Source of the DNA: Octopus sinensis
Taxonomy: Eukaryota
Length of the DNA: 64,000 nt
Direction of reading: 5' to 3'
Assembly: GCF_006345805.1 (NCBI RefSeq)
Contig: NC_043001.1
Location: 46,562,001 to 46,626,000 of the forward strand
The notes under the pieces are model-generated. The model did not search any database. It worked only from the letters and a program-made list of their open reading frames with translations, and was not told the DNA's origin. Shown here in pieces: positions 12,656 through 25,087 of the stretch (positions within the stretch are counted from its first letter, which is position 1; the number at the start of each line of letters is the position of its first letter). A program made the position numbers and the translations under genes.

Positions 12656-12894
12656 CCCTGTATCAGAGACAACGAATTCTCATCCAAATGTGCTATTCGA
12701 AAAGTATGTGCTATTCGAAAAGCTCCTGATACTCTGCCGAACTGTTAAGTTATGGGGACGTAAGGACACAAACATCGGTGTCAAGAGGTGATGGGGGCAC
12801 AAACACAGAACAGACACACACAGACACACACACATATATACATATATGTACACACATACACACACCACACACACACACATATATATATATAACT

Positions 12895-13240
12895 TTGTTT
12901 GGTTTCGGCCAGTAGTATGTCTAACTTAATAGCACCATCTGGTGAAGTCTTTTAGTCGTATATGGGACACCGAGGCCCACTCTAGCAAAGAGTTATTGTT
13001 GCTGGAGACATATCCGAGTGTAGGAGGTTGGTCCGGGATTATTTGAAGAAATTTGTCCAGTGATCATTTGAATTTTATGAAATCCGTTTCCGTTTTGATG
13101 TATTTTGGTATGGTATTAAAAAGAGCTGGAACGGTTGAGGTAAAGTAATTGTGACGTATTGTTGCTATGTGTATCGAGTTTGACTTTTGTAGTGGGCGGA
13201 TAACATAGGGGGATTTCTTGGATGGATTTTAAAATTGATA
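12895..13240 (-). mobile_element. CR1-type LINE 3' fragment
   Basis: Minus-strand LFNTIPKYIKTETDFIKFK*SLDKFLQIIPDQPPTLGYVSSNNNSLLEW resembles the CR1 ORF2 C-terminus. Confidence 0.75.
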
Positions 13241-13389
13241 AGACTCGTCGGCCCGAGGCTATCATAGATTGAACCCGGAACCATGTGGCTGGGAAGCAAG
13301 CTTCTTACCATTCAGCCACGCCTGCACACAGCACCATGACCAAGTATCTTCTACTACAGCTGACCAATGCCTTGTGAATGAATCTAGTA

Positions 13390-13607
13390 GAGAAACGTTA
13401 GCACGCCGGGCGAAATGCGTAGCCGTATTTCGTCTGCCGTTACGTTCTGAGTTCAAATTCCACCGAGGTCAACTTTGCCTTTCATCCTTTCGGGGTCGAT
13501 AAATTAAGTCCCAGTTTCACACTGAGGTCGATGTAATCGACTTAATCCCTTTGTCTGTCCTCGTTTGTCCCCTCTATGTTTAGCCTCTTGTGGGCAATAA
13601 AGAAATA
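13390..13607 (+). mobile_element. SINE family A, 5'-truncated, fused to family-B fragments (13255-13385)
   Basis: Matches 1918 from GAAACGTTAGCACG onward. Confidence 0.85.
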
Positions 13608-14162
13608 TATATACATTTTTTTATTTTATATGTACAATCAGTAAGGTAACTTTTTGAGGTAATTTGTCTGCTATTTCTAAGAAATCGTTGACCATGTAGA
13701 GGGTCTTTTCGTAGAACATTTATTTTCAAGACGTTACTGTACTAACAGAGACACTGTTGGTTGTGTGGCTTGAAGAAACTTAAAACAAACAGCTATACGA
13801 TACGCACACCACCCAACCCTTTCAAATACCTATTTTAATCTTTTTACTGAGCCAGCGAGAGTTCAGCGAGTGTCGTCCATAACAGACATTGTACAATGCC
13901 ACGAACGGAGTAAGAACTGGTGATGTTCACCCTTTGACACGGGCCATTTGTGATTCTAGAAAAGATGTAATGCCCAATCATGAACATATAATGGGAAAGC
14001 GTTCTGTAGACATACGCACTCGCACACCCATTCACAAACACGCATAAATACACATGCAGTTATATAGACACATATACATACATATGCGTGTATGTGTGGA
14101 CTCATAGATACATAAATACATACACTACTATAAATATATATACACACACACATATATATATA

Positions 14163-14203
<41 letters not shown>

Positions 14204-14285
14204 GCACATAATCCATATATATACTATACAGATATGTATACATACACACACACATATATATATACTCTTTATATGTATATATATA

Positions 14286-14350
<65 letters not shown>

Positions 14351-14482
14351 TATATGCATATATATATATATATATATATTATTATATATATAGACGCACA
14401 TATATCCATATATATACTATACAGATATGTATACATACAAACACAATTATATATACTCTTTATATGTATATATATATATATA

Positions 14483-14544
<62 letters not shown>

Positions 14545-14559
14545 CATATATATGCATAA

Positions 14560-15400
14560 TCTTACTATAACAGGCGTTATGCCCGTCTGTCTGTCTATCT
14601 GTCTCTTTGTTCCCTATTCACGGCCAGACGGTTGGGCCAATGGTCGCGATATTTTTCTGGATTGGAAAGGAGGTCGTTAGGAATGTTTTTAGCGATAAAA
14701 AATCAGAAATTCACCGACTACGAGTAACTCTGGATTTTCATCGCATAGCTCGTGGTCCCATCGTAGATACGAAGGGGGTCCCGAGGAGGGCTAATAGCGA
14801 GATTAAAATAGAAAAAGTGTTGTCAGTATATAGCGTGTGTAATTATTTAGTGGCTATTGAAATATGGTCAGTCTCGATCAGGATTCGAAACGGCTAATCG
14901 AAGCGGCTGTTGCTTACATCTCAGCTTTGTCAATCAAAATAACCCATGCTATCAGAACATCCAGACATTATTCGCATGCAACAGTGACAGGTGAGTCTTA
15001 GTTAAACTTTTTTGCAACCTCAAAGATTCCGCTCGCTCATTCACAGCAAACAAGGCACAGGGTCAGACTTTAGATCGTGTAGGTGTATTTTTACCCACTC
15101 CGATGTTTACACACGGCCAGTTATACGTCGCAATGAGTAGAGCAACGGACTCCAGTAATTTGAAAATTAGTGTCGACCAAACAGAAAATATCGTCTACAA
15201 AGAAGTTTTGTAATCATATTGATGTTATCGAAAGGAATATGATTCATAATTTAAATAAGTTAATTTGTGAACTTTGAATGAATAAGAGTATAAACAAGCA
15301 TAAAATAGTGTAAACAACTAAAATAAAAGTATATCTAAATAATATTTTTTACTTAATACTTTTTATGTAGTAGTCGAAGGAAGCTCTGGCTTTCGTTAGG
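14560..15400 (+). mobile_element. Internally deleted Helitron carrying the end of the Rep/helicase gene
   Basis: A|TCTTACTATAACAGG...TGTCTGTCTATCTGTC Helitron-style 5' end plus the helicase remnant below. The 3' end is uncertain (imperfect hairpin plus TTAG at 15375-15399). Confidence 0.65.
15037..15213 (+). pseudogene. PIF1-family (Helitron) helicase C-terminal remnant
   Basis: SFTANKAQGQTLDRVGVFLPTPMFTHGQLYVAMSRATDSSNLKISVDQTENIVYKEVL* carries helicase motifs V (NKxQGQ) and VI (HGQLYVAxSR). The upstream part is frameshifted. Confidence 0.92.
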
Positions 15401-16239
15401 AGTGGTCCACATAACCATTCATGATATAGAAGCTGGGAGCCTATTTCAGTTCGGGAGTGAATTGTCATCACATGTCACTTAGTCGCAAACACATCATATA
15501 GCTACAATAGAATGCTGTATCACCAACAATAATGTGATTTCTCTAAGACATCACCCAGTAATCTATCAAGCTCATTTACACATTTCTCAATACATACTGC
15601 TCTTATGATTTCCCTTCCTTATATTATGCCTCCATCATAGGTGGGTAGATTTGCTAGTGTATAAATCTCCCCTGCACCTTTCTCGTTTTCTCTGATTTTT
15701 TTTCTAATCCATCGATCCCGTTGTCTCCTACCCATCTCTCCTCCTTCCACGTGACCGGCGTCCGGCCAGCCATGACCTTTCTTTCTTGGCCTGACTGCCA
15801 ACCGCCAACACCTCTTGTGTACTTCTCCCATGTTCCTGCTTTTAGGCTTTCACTTCATACGCGCCAGCTCAATCTGATTCGTCCTCAGTCGAAAGACGCC
15901 TGTTGTTATTTCTTGTTGTTTGTATTCGTAATTGTGTACCATGTTCTCCGCTTTTTGTTTATTAGTTTATTTTTTCTCTTTGTTACCGTACTCATTCACT
16001 AGCTTTCTTACAAAGGAGTCTAATACTCTTAACTTAGACTTTTTGGAGGGTAACCAGATCGAACCACCTCAAGTGTAACTGCCTGAAATGGACGTGAATT
16101 CTGGGACTTGACTGATGAAAGAAAGCCAAGAATGACTCGTCTTTTTTTGCCTGTCCTAATTGCTGTTTCTCTTGTCCGCTTATGTATCGTCTATCTGCCC
16201 GACGTTTTAATGCTCTCTATTGTATGTATATATATTATA

Positions 16240-16295
<56 letters not shown>

Positions 16296-16340
16296 TATAT
16301 ATACATATATATATTACACACACACATATATATATGCATG
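15400..16340 (+). mobile_element. Probable Penelope-like element fragment
   Basis: Pyrimidine-rich segment, CTTGACTGATGA motif shared with the 56.1-57.2 kb repeat, ends in (TA)n. No clean ORF. Confidence 0.3.
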
Positions 16341-16459
16341 TATGTATGTATAGATAGATAGATTAAAAGCTACTTATAATCACGCGTTATTTTGTGAAAT
16401 GGTTATTTTTAACTGGAAAGCTCCCGTCCTAAAGTGATCACAATAAGTGCCTTCAGACA

Positions 16460-16503
<44 letters not shown>

Positions 16504-17149
16504 ACACACACACACAAACTATATGTCAATGAACCTAATGTGAAAATTCATAAAGATACACACAAATATAAGCATATACCTATGTGTATGCGTGTATTTG
16601 TGTGTATGTGAGAGGGAGAAAGAGTGCGTGTTTATGTTGTGTGTGTGTGTGTATATACATTCGTCTATACATACATACATACATACATACATACATACAT
16701 ACATACATACATACATACATACATACGCAGTGTACCAATGAACCTAAGACAATTTTAGTGTTGACCTCAATACGACCTGTCTTTTAATTGGATTTGATCC
16801 TGAGCACAACTAATTGGGCATCCGGTCACAGTCGTGTTACGAAGGATGCTGGCACCCAGGGAGTGTTCGGCGATGATGATGATGATGATGAGATGATGAT
16901 GAGGAGGAGGAGGAGGAGGTGGAGGTGGATGTATGAGGATTATGGTCGTGGTGGTGAGGATATGGCAGCTGTCTATGTGGGTGTAGAGGAGGGAGGGGTG
17001 GTAATGTGGGTGATTTCTTGTCATTGATACGTGTGTGCGTGTGTGTTGTTGTATGTGTGTGTGTGTGATGTTGATGCGTGCGTTGCCGTTGAGTGCACCG
17101 TAACGGCTGTCATCTTCCTGTCTCAGTAACAGGCTGTATGTAATAGTAT

Positions 17150-17480
17150 GGTGGTAATAGTAGAAGGGAAGACAATGGTGGTGGCGGTTAATGATGATAG
17201 TGACAGTAATGAAAAAAGTCGTTATGATGATGATGATGATGGTGGTGCTGGTGGTGGTGCTGGCGCTGGTGGTGTTAGTAGTAGTGGTGGTGGTGTTGGT
17301 GTTGGTGGTGGTGTTGGTGACGGTGGTGACGGTGGTGGCGGTGGTGGCAGTGGCGGCGGCGGTAGTGGTGGTAGTGGTGGTAGTGGTGGTGGTGGTGGTG
17401 GTGGCGGTAGTCGTGGTAGTGGTGGTGGTGGTGGTAGCAATAGTGATGATGGTCGCAATAGTGATGGTAGCTTTTATAAA
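17150..17480. repeat. Compound (GAT)/(GGT)/(GGC) microsatellite
   Basis: Directly visible; the source of the poly-Gly, poly-Val and poly-Pro ORFs. Confidence 0.95.
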
Positions 17481-17559
17481 TTGAGATGGTACTGGATGTA
17501 AATCTGGCGGTAGAGGGGGTGGTGTTAATGTTCACACACACATACACATACACACATAC

Positions 17560-17815
17560 ACACACATAAGAAAAACAGTGAAAGTTGTTGACTCAAGGAT
17601 CACAAGATCGTGGATTCGAACCCAGGACCGGGCAATGTAGTGTTGCTGAGCAAAACACTCCGTTTTTCATGTTATACCAGTCCACACACCTGTAAATGAC
17701 TAATCTCCGAATCCGACTAGGTCCTTGTTCTGAGGGTATGTCGTTATCTCGGTCACTTTACTCCCCACCCCAGAGACAAAATAACCGGCCTACAAGTGCT
17801 CAGAATCGAGACAGT
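17560..17815 (+). mobile_element. Diverged tRNA-derived SINE
   Basis: GATTCGAACCC B box followed by the CTGAGCAAAACACT...CCAGTCCAC module. Confidence 0.6.
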
Positions 17816-17822
17816 ACTTAGT

Positions 17823-17889
<67 letters not shown>

Positions 17890-17928
17890 CACACCACACA
17901 CACACGCACGCACATACACGAGTACATA

Positions 17929-18128
17929 CATGGTGGGCCAAAAGTCACGCACCAACACATACATTGACATTTTATTTATGTTAGGTTAATTATCATTCAC
18001 TTTGTTCACCATGGTCAAGTACGCCTGTATTCATCGTTATTTTGTTTATCTTATTCATTTTCAGGAAATGTCTTTGACATTCCGGTCCGTATTGAACTTA
18101 TTTTATGCGTGACTTTTGGCCCACCACG
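17929..18128. mobile_element. Tc1/mariner-type MITE, 200 bp
   Basis: 23-bp TIRs CATGGTGGGCCAAAAGTCACGCA / TGCGTGACTTTTGGCCCACCACG (1 mismatch); TA TSD at 17927-17928 and 18129-18130. Confidence 0.9.
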
Positions 18129-18149
18129 TATGTATAATAATATATATAT

Positions 18150-18330
18150 ATATAACGGGAGCTTTATGAAAATAAACAAAAGACGAAGGCAGGTAGAATA
18201 CAAACAAACAATTGTATTAGTATGGCGCTCAGGAATATAAAATAAAACAAGTCTTTACGTTTCGAGCCTACGCTCTTCAACAGAAAGATACACAAAAGAA
18301 ACACAGACAGAAACAACAGAGAAAAAAAAA
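18150..18330 (-). mobile_element. Penelope-like terminal repeat fragment with a degenerate minimal hammerhead motif (18251-18287)
   Basis: Minus strand CTTT-CTGTTGA-A-GAGC-gtag-GCTC-GAAA-CGT-A-AAG; bounded by (TA)n. Confidence 0.6.
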
Positions 18331-18334
18331 TATG

Positions 18335-18377
<43 letters not shown>

Positions 18378-18927
18378 ATAGTAAATAATATAATTTAAAG
18401 AACAAACAAAAATTAGATAATTATCTTGTATTTATGACTTACATTAATACAACAAATACATTAAGACATTCAGAACATATTAAAAGTATTATTTAAGAAT
18501 ATAATAGAATTAAGAGATATATGAAATAAGAATATACATGAAAATATAAGCAAGAATTAATTCGATATGTGGAGTGATTTGGCGAATATAAGAAGATCTT
18601 ATTGGAAATTAAAAATTAAAAATTTAGAATTAGAAATTTAAAATTAAAAGTTAGAAACTACATTGACGGTAGTGAGAAACCTCAATGAGGAATTTAAATG
18701 CCAGAGAAATATATTTGTTTTAAGAGTTCTAAAAAGATATATAACGGATTATATAATAACAGGTAAGAGGTATTTCTATGTCCGTTTCCGGAGTCCATTT
18801 GTCCTGGAAAGGTGTGAATTTTACAATTCACTTATAAACAATGTCCTCTTCATCAGGAAAATAGAAAGCAAAGTTCTATACGTGAATTATAAAATTCACA
18901 CATTTCCAGGACAATGAACTCAGGAAA

Positions 18928-19027
18928 NNNNNNNNNNNNNNNNNNNNNNNNNNNNNNNNNNNNNNNNNNNNNNNNNNNNNNNNNNNNNNNNNNNNNNNNN
19001 NNNNNNNNNNNNNNNNNNNNNNNNNNN
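18928..19027. other. Assembly gap (100 N)
   Basis: Run of N; the true size is unknown. Confidence 1.
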
Positions 19028-19092
<65 letters not shown>

Positions 19093-19700
19093 TATTACAT
19101 CCTTACCTATATTCCAATGGTCCCGCTCCACCATCTCTCCCACTATTACCCCTTCATCCTCGACATTCTCACCAACACTATTGCTATATCGTTCATCTCT
19201 CTTCACCCTTGTCATACCTACCATCACAATTATTACAACTACTACTACTACTACAACCACCACTACCACCACATCCACTCTCACCGCCACCACTACAGCC
19301 ACCTTCACCGCCACCATTACCACCACCCTCACCGCCACTGTTACTTCTACTACCACCACTACTACTACTATTACTACTACTCTCACCACCACCACCACTA
19401 CTACTGCTACCCTTCACCCACCCTAACCCTTTATTTTCCCCCTCGCCCCCACCCCAATCCTCCACTCACTCAACTCACAACTACGATGAAAATATACCGT
19501 CATCATCAAAAACATTTCCACTTATGAATCAATTGCCGAAATGTTCTTCCCAACTTTCCTTACCCACACCCGCCCACCCACTCTCCACCCCACACTCATA
19601 CTTCCACCTAAACAACCCCCATCACATACCTCCACCTATATCCTCCATCTAAAACTATCCATCCCTCCTACCTACCCCTCAACCATTTATCAGATTTCTT
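19028..19700. repeat. Compound (ATC)/(ACT)/(ACC) microsatellite decaying into C-rich low-complexity DNA
   Basis: Directly visible. Confidence 0.95.
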
Positions 19701-20104
19701 TATTTTTTGATTTCTTTTCTTTTTTTTTGTTTTGTTTCGTGTATTTTTGTGCCACACGTGGTAGTCGTCTATTTGTATCAGTACATATACATGCTAGTGT
19801 ACCCATTCGTTATACAAACGGGTACACACACACACTCGTACACACAGAGATTAATATACACATGTGCGCGCGCACACACACACACATGCACACAACTACA
19901 TTCACATGCGCTCATAAACATACTACTCTCACGCATTCAACTCACACGCAAAGAAACATGATGTGTATGTTTGTAGATATACACACCACACTCACACATG
20001 TAGATCGACCGATCGATTGTTAGATGAATATCGTAATCTGCGCGAACGCGCACAAACACACACACACTGCATTTATGCAGGTGTGCATAACTGTATGTAT
20101 ATAG

Positions 20105-20142
<38 letters not shown>

Positions 20143-21362
20143 ACATACACACACACACATATTTATGTATGTACGTACATATGTATATGCAAGTGAGTGA
20201 ATGTATGTATGACAAGACATGGCGAATTTTATACGTTTTCACCTTTATGACATAAGTAATAAAACATGGCAAACACCAGCCCAAAACCCGGGACTCTCTT
20301 AACTTCTTGTTCAGTTACTGCGAAGGGCAGCGAAAGTAATGAGACTGAAGAACATACAGAATAAAACATGTGATAGTAGTTCTTTATTTGCATAAACAAA
20401 ATTTACCTTCACCAGGTATTCCGGAGCCTTAGTACCACAACTTTTTAGTGATTATCCCGATTGTGTAAAGTCAAAACTTCCTTGTCACCATTTTGCTAGA
20501 ATCTACAGGTTTTCGCTGTTCTGCCCCACATCTTTTCTCTTTTCTTTTTGATATATCGTTTCTCCAAACCTCCAATCTTTGTCACCTCATTTGACTTTAA
20601 AAATCTTTTGGAATTAAAATTAAGTGGGCTCATAATATATACGAATATTTTTCTTCTTTGAGAATAGACTCAAATACGAGGATTTCATAGAGACCCAAAT
20701 AAAAACAAATTGTCTCAGAGTATCTTATTCTCCAACCAGCATGAAAAATGCTTTACTGGTGAAACAAATGAAATGTAAATTAAAGGAGTTCTCTTTATGC
20801 ACTTATTTTGCAAGATTTCCTGATTTACTTTAGTGTCCTTTGTCTGAAACTTTTGTCGCTCTACTTGTGACCTCTTCAGCGATTTTCAATCTGACGTGTC
20901 TCCTGTTCTGTTTTGTTCATTCTGTCTAAATGTTAGTTATCCTCTCTGCTTATCATCCAATTACCGAATAGGTTAAATATAATTCCCCAACGAATATCCC
21001 GCTTGTTCTGCTCTCTATACTTCTACATTCGTTGTTATACTTCTTAGTTCGCATTTTGTGTGTCATAGAATGGTCTGAATTTGCGCTGCAGGCCAGAAGA
21101 CTTGGCCTAGAAACAGAAAGTTTTTTTTTTTTATGTAGCATAGACATTCCGAGGGCTATCCTGATTTGAAATGTGTTCCATTTCTGAGAATAGACCCCCG
21201 CCTAAGGGATGTGTCTATAGGTCAGCAAAGTGTGCTGATACACACATAGAAATTGTATTTATTAGTATAGATTAGCCTAAAGTGATAAAATTCTTAAGTT
21301 AAATTGTCGTTGGGAAATAATCTCGGAACGAGGATAATGTGTTGTTCTTTGCTTTCCTTCCA

Positions 21363-21647
21363 GTGCGATGCCGCGTGCTGTACTGAAATGTTGGTCAGCG
21401 AAAGATGGTTAATGATGTGGTCAAGTGTGTCGAAATGTTTGACCACAGGTTTGCTCAGAATGCTCTGGATGACATGCAAAAGTACTTGAAACTGCGACCA
21501 TCCAAGCATCGGTCTATTTCACCAACGTATATAGCACTGCAGAGTTTTTGTACATTTTATCTCTTACTCAGGAGAGAAGGTAGTGCTCATGACCTTTACA
21601 AGACATCGATATTAGCAGCAGAAGGTTTTCTCAAACCGAAGATCTAG
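21363..21647 (+). CDS. Candidate coding exon(s): (V)RCRVLY*NVGQRKMVNDVVKCVEMFDHRFAQNALDDMQKYLKLRPSKHR...; product unknown
   Basis: Strong acceptor TGTTCTTTGCTTTCCTTCCAG at 21362, unique GC-richer island, coding-like codon use, second acceptor at 21571. One in-frame TGA near the start. Confidence 0.4.
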
Positions 21648-23176
21648 TCACATTGTATGTGGCAGATGACGGTGACGGGTTAAGTCTAGCACCCATGTAG
21701 GCTTTTGCAAAATTTGAACTCAGTACTCAAAGATCCGAAACAAAAACTTAAGGCAGTCGATGTTCTTACAGTTCTGTCAATTTACCGCCCCTGATTGGTC
21801 CTTTATTATCAACAAAGATGGACAGAGTTGACCTCGGCGGGATTTCTTTACATGTGAAGCAATGTGTGGTGTTAGCGGACAGTCAGCTTCCTGAAGCAAA
21901 CAGTTGCATTAGGTCTACATCTACGACGCTTATCGTACATTTGCAACATTATACAGTACAAGAAACAAAAGAAGATAGAGAAAAATATTGGTCGATTGAA
22001 CGACCTCAAATAGGATTATTTAAAAAAAGATAATGGCAGTGGATTAATTGTGGAAGCCGTATAAATAGCAAGTACAAACCAAAAATAAATACCGCATTAT
22101 AGCACTTGTGAAAAAACTATGAAAAATATCAAGAATTAAGCGTTCAACATTTCTAAATCCGGCAAAGTTCTAACATCATTCTTATGATCTTTTGTAGGCT
22201 CTGTGTGTGTGTGTATATCTTTTACATATATACATGCATATATATTCAGACATACATGTACGTTTATGTACATGTGTGTATATATGTGTTATTTGCACGC
22301 ACACACACATATATGTAAAAATATTCGTATATAACCATATTAATACCTATGTATGTTTGAATGTCTGCGAATGTATATGCATTCCCACTTTCACACACAC
22401 GCACACATAGAGAGAGACACACATATTTCTGTGAACGCACATACGCATATATATATTTATCTATCAACCTATCCTATCCATGTACACGCTAAATAATCTA
22501 CATTAAGTGCTTACACTGCGGGGCATACCCATTATCAGCTGTCGTCTTGAGATCACAGCATTTTCAGCACCTTCCGACAATATCACTCCCTCCAGGGGTG
22601 CCAAGTAGCGCTGATGCTAACAAAGAGAATATCCGAGGCGCTAACTCCATAATTCATCCATCAGTCATGTACTTTGGAACATCAATTCATTTCTTGTGAT
22701 TTAACCAACATATTGCGAGAATGTCTGGTGGGTCTATGTCTCGGTGTATTGAGTGTGAATCGTTAACTTACTGAACCTAATACGAGCAAGATCTTAAAGT
22801 ATAGACATGCATACATTTCTTGTATCTTGCCATTGATGGCGTTGTTTAATCCTAAGAGGCTGCTGACTGAGCAAAGTAATGAAAGGCGTTCCAGCCGTTA
22901 ACACCACGCAATTTTTCTTTCTTTATCTTTTCTCATACATTGTGCTCTTCAGACTACATATCTGATGTGTCCTGCAGGTTGAGGTCCGAAGTACCTTGCT
23001 GTAGTTTGCAGTCGGGCACTGGAACTTATCTCAAGTAATATTTGTATCTATATTTATCTATCTGTTTCAATGATTTCCTATCAGAAAAGGATTGTTTCTA
23101 ACTAAGAATTGGAATAATCATATGCACACATACATACATGCATACATAAAACATACCTATATCTATCTATCTATCA

Positions 23177-23245
<69 letters not shown>

Positions 23246-23256
23246 CCTATCTATAT

Positions 23257-23291
<35 letters not shown>

Positions 23292-23307
23292 ATAATATAT
23301 ATATAAT

Positions 23308-23598
23308 AAACAATTGCAGCGTGGTAGGTGTTTTATAAGCCATTTAAGAAACACACAAAAACCGTTAGATTCACTTCAACGTCTAAATTTAACTTGTCGA
23401 AATATTTTCGTCGTTTTGAGACCGTGACCTGTTCACTGAAAAAATTCCATGCTGCACGGAATTTTATTAGTAAACAGGACGCAGTTTCAAAGCGACGAAA
23501 ATATTTTGACAAATTAAATTTAAATGTTGAAGTGAATCTAACGGTTTTTGTGTGTTTCTTAAATGGCTTATAAACACTTACCACGCTGCTAATTGTTT
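23308..23598. mobile_element. Foldback MITE made almost entirely of ~135-bp inverted repeats
   Basis: AAACAATTGCAGCGTGGTAG... is mirrored by ...TTACCACGCTGCTAATTGTTT. The ORF track shows near-identical peptides on the two strands. Confidence 0.9.
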
Positions 23599-23836
23599 TC
23601 GTTCGAGCACATGATCTCAGATCAGGTCACTTGCTATGCAAGTACATCTCCGTAATATATATATATAAATTAAGAAATGGAGTCAAACGCAGGTGTTATT
23701 CAAATCATTTACCCTGGTAACTATTTATTTTTTTCCGTGTTATGTGTACACATTGGAAAAATTGTACACACACACATATACATATATAGAATGCATACAT
23801 ATATACTTACACATATATATGTATATATATATACTG

Positions 23837-23930
<94 letters not shown>

Positions 23931-23974
23931 CATAATACATATATACATACACATATATACATACACATATATAT

Positions 23975-24735
23975 CCTTTAAGTCCGTTTGTGCTGCCGAG
24001 TAAGCGCTATGGACAGGTTATAGTTAAGCTTCAGGTTCGGTGATTATGCGAATGAGGAGTCCAACGTAGGTCATATATCAGCATAAATATATATTAAAAA
24101 AATTAATAGAATGAGATAAAAAATCCAAGGCTGTGGAAGATTTTAGAACATTTATAAATAGGTCTTGCAGCTGTTCCCGGGATATTTTATATAAAACCTT
24201 CATCGGAGACGGTGTGAGAAAATGGTTAAGCAATAGTTATTCTAGATAAGATATGAAATAGAGAGTGAAGTGGAGGAATGAAAATAGACGAGAGATATGC
24301 AGAGATATTGTATCTGCAGTTCCATTATTTAGGCAGAATGGTCTACATATAAGATTCCTGGTAGTAGCAGGCAACCCTACCATGCTTTAAACAACATTGC
24401 ATCCAAAGACTCACTTAAAAAAAACTCTCGATTCAATAACACTGTTTATAAACTCTATGCTTGGAATAACCATTTTAAATAGTACTGGAACTTACTCATA
24501 AGGTACAGGAATCTTATATGTATACCATTCTGCCTAAATAATGGAACTGCAGATACAATATCCCTGCATATCTCACGTCTGTTTTCATTCCTCCACTTCA
24601 CTCTCTATTTCATATCTTATCTAGAATAACTATTGCTTAACCATTTTCTCACATCGTCTCCGATGAAGGGATATATAAAATATCCCGGAAACAGCTGTAA
24701 GACCTTCTATTTATAAATGTTTCACAACCTTGGAT
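23975..24735. mobile_element. Penelope-like element: inverted pair of terminal repeats (~24126-24359 minus, 24506-24733 plus) around a ~145-bp spacer
   Basis: ~230-bp arms are reverse complements; each carries a hammerhead-like motif; flanked by (TA)n. Confidence 0.8.
24656..24703 (+). ncRNA. Minimal type I hammerhead ribozyme-like motif (U4C core variant)
   Basis: GTCT-CCGATGA-A-GGGATA(tataaaa)TATCCC-G-GAAA-CAGCTG-TA^-AGAC: stem I GTCT/AGAC, 6-bp stem II, palindromic stem III ACAGCTGT. Confidence 0.65.
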
Positions 24736-24736
24736 A

Positions 24737-24821
<85 letters not shown>

Positions 24822-24941
24822 TACATATATATATATATAAGGCACGGATATGTATTGGTCGTACTTCAACCGTGTTCTTTCTTGTGAGTTTGCTACCCAG
24901 GTATCGGTTATCTTCGAATTATCCGTAATAAGATATTCATT

Positions 24942-24975
<34 letters not shown>

Positions 24976-24977
24976 AT

Positions 24978-25014
<37 letters not shown>

Positions 25015-25056
25015 CATACATACATACGTACGTACATACATACATACATACATACA

Positions 25057-25087
<31 letters not shown>

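Noticed and set aside
20300-21160. Possible degraded retroelement or transposase ORF on the minus strand, and a GAAA-containing junction at 20310-20355
   Set aside because: Many stops in all frames, no diagnostic motif, and the element order does not fit a hammerhead.
21383-21385. Selenocysteine reading of the in-frame TGA
   Set aside because: The context matches no selenoprotein motif I know, and no SECIS was recognised downstream.
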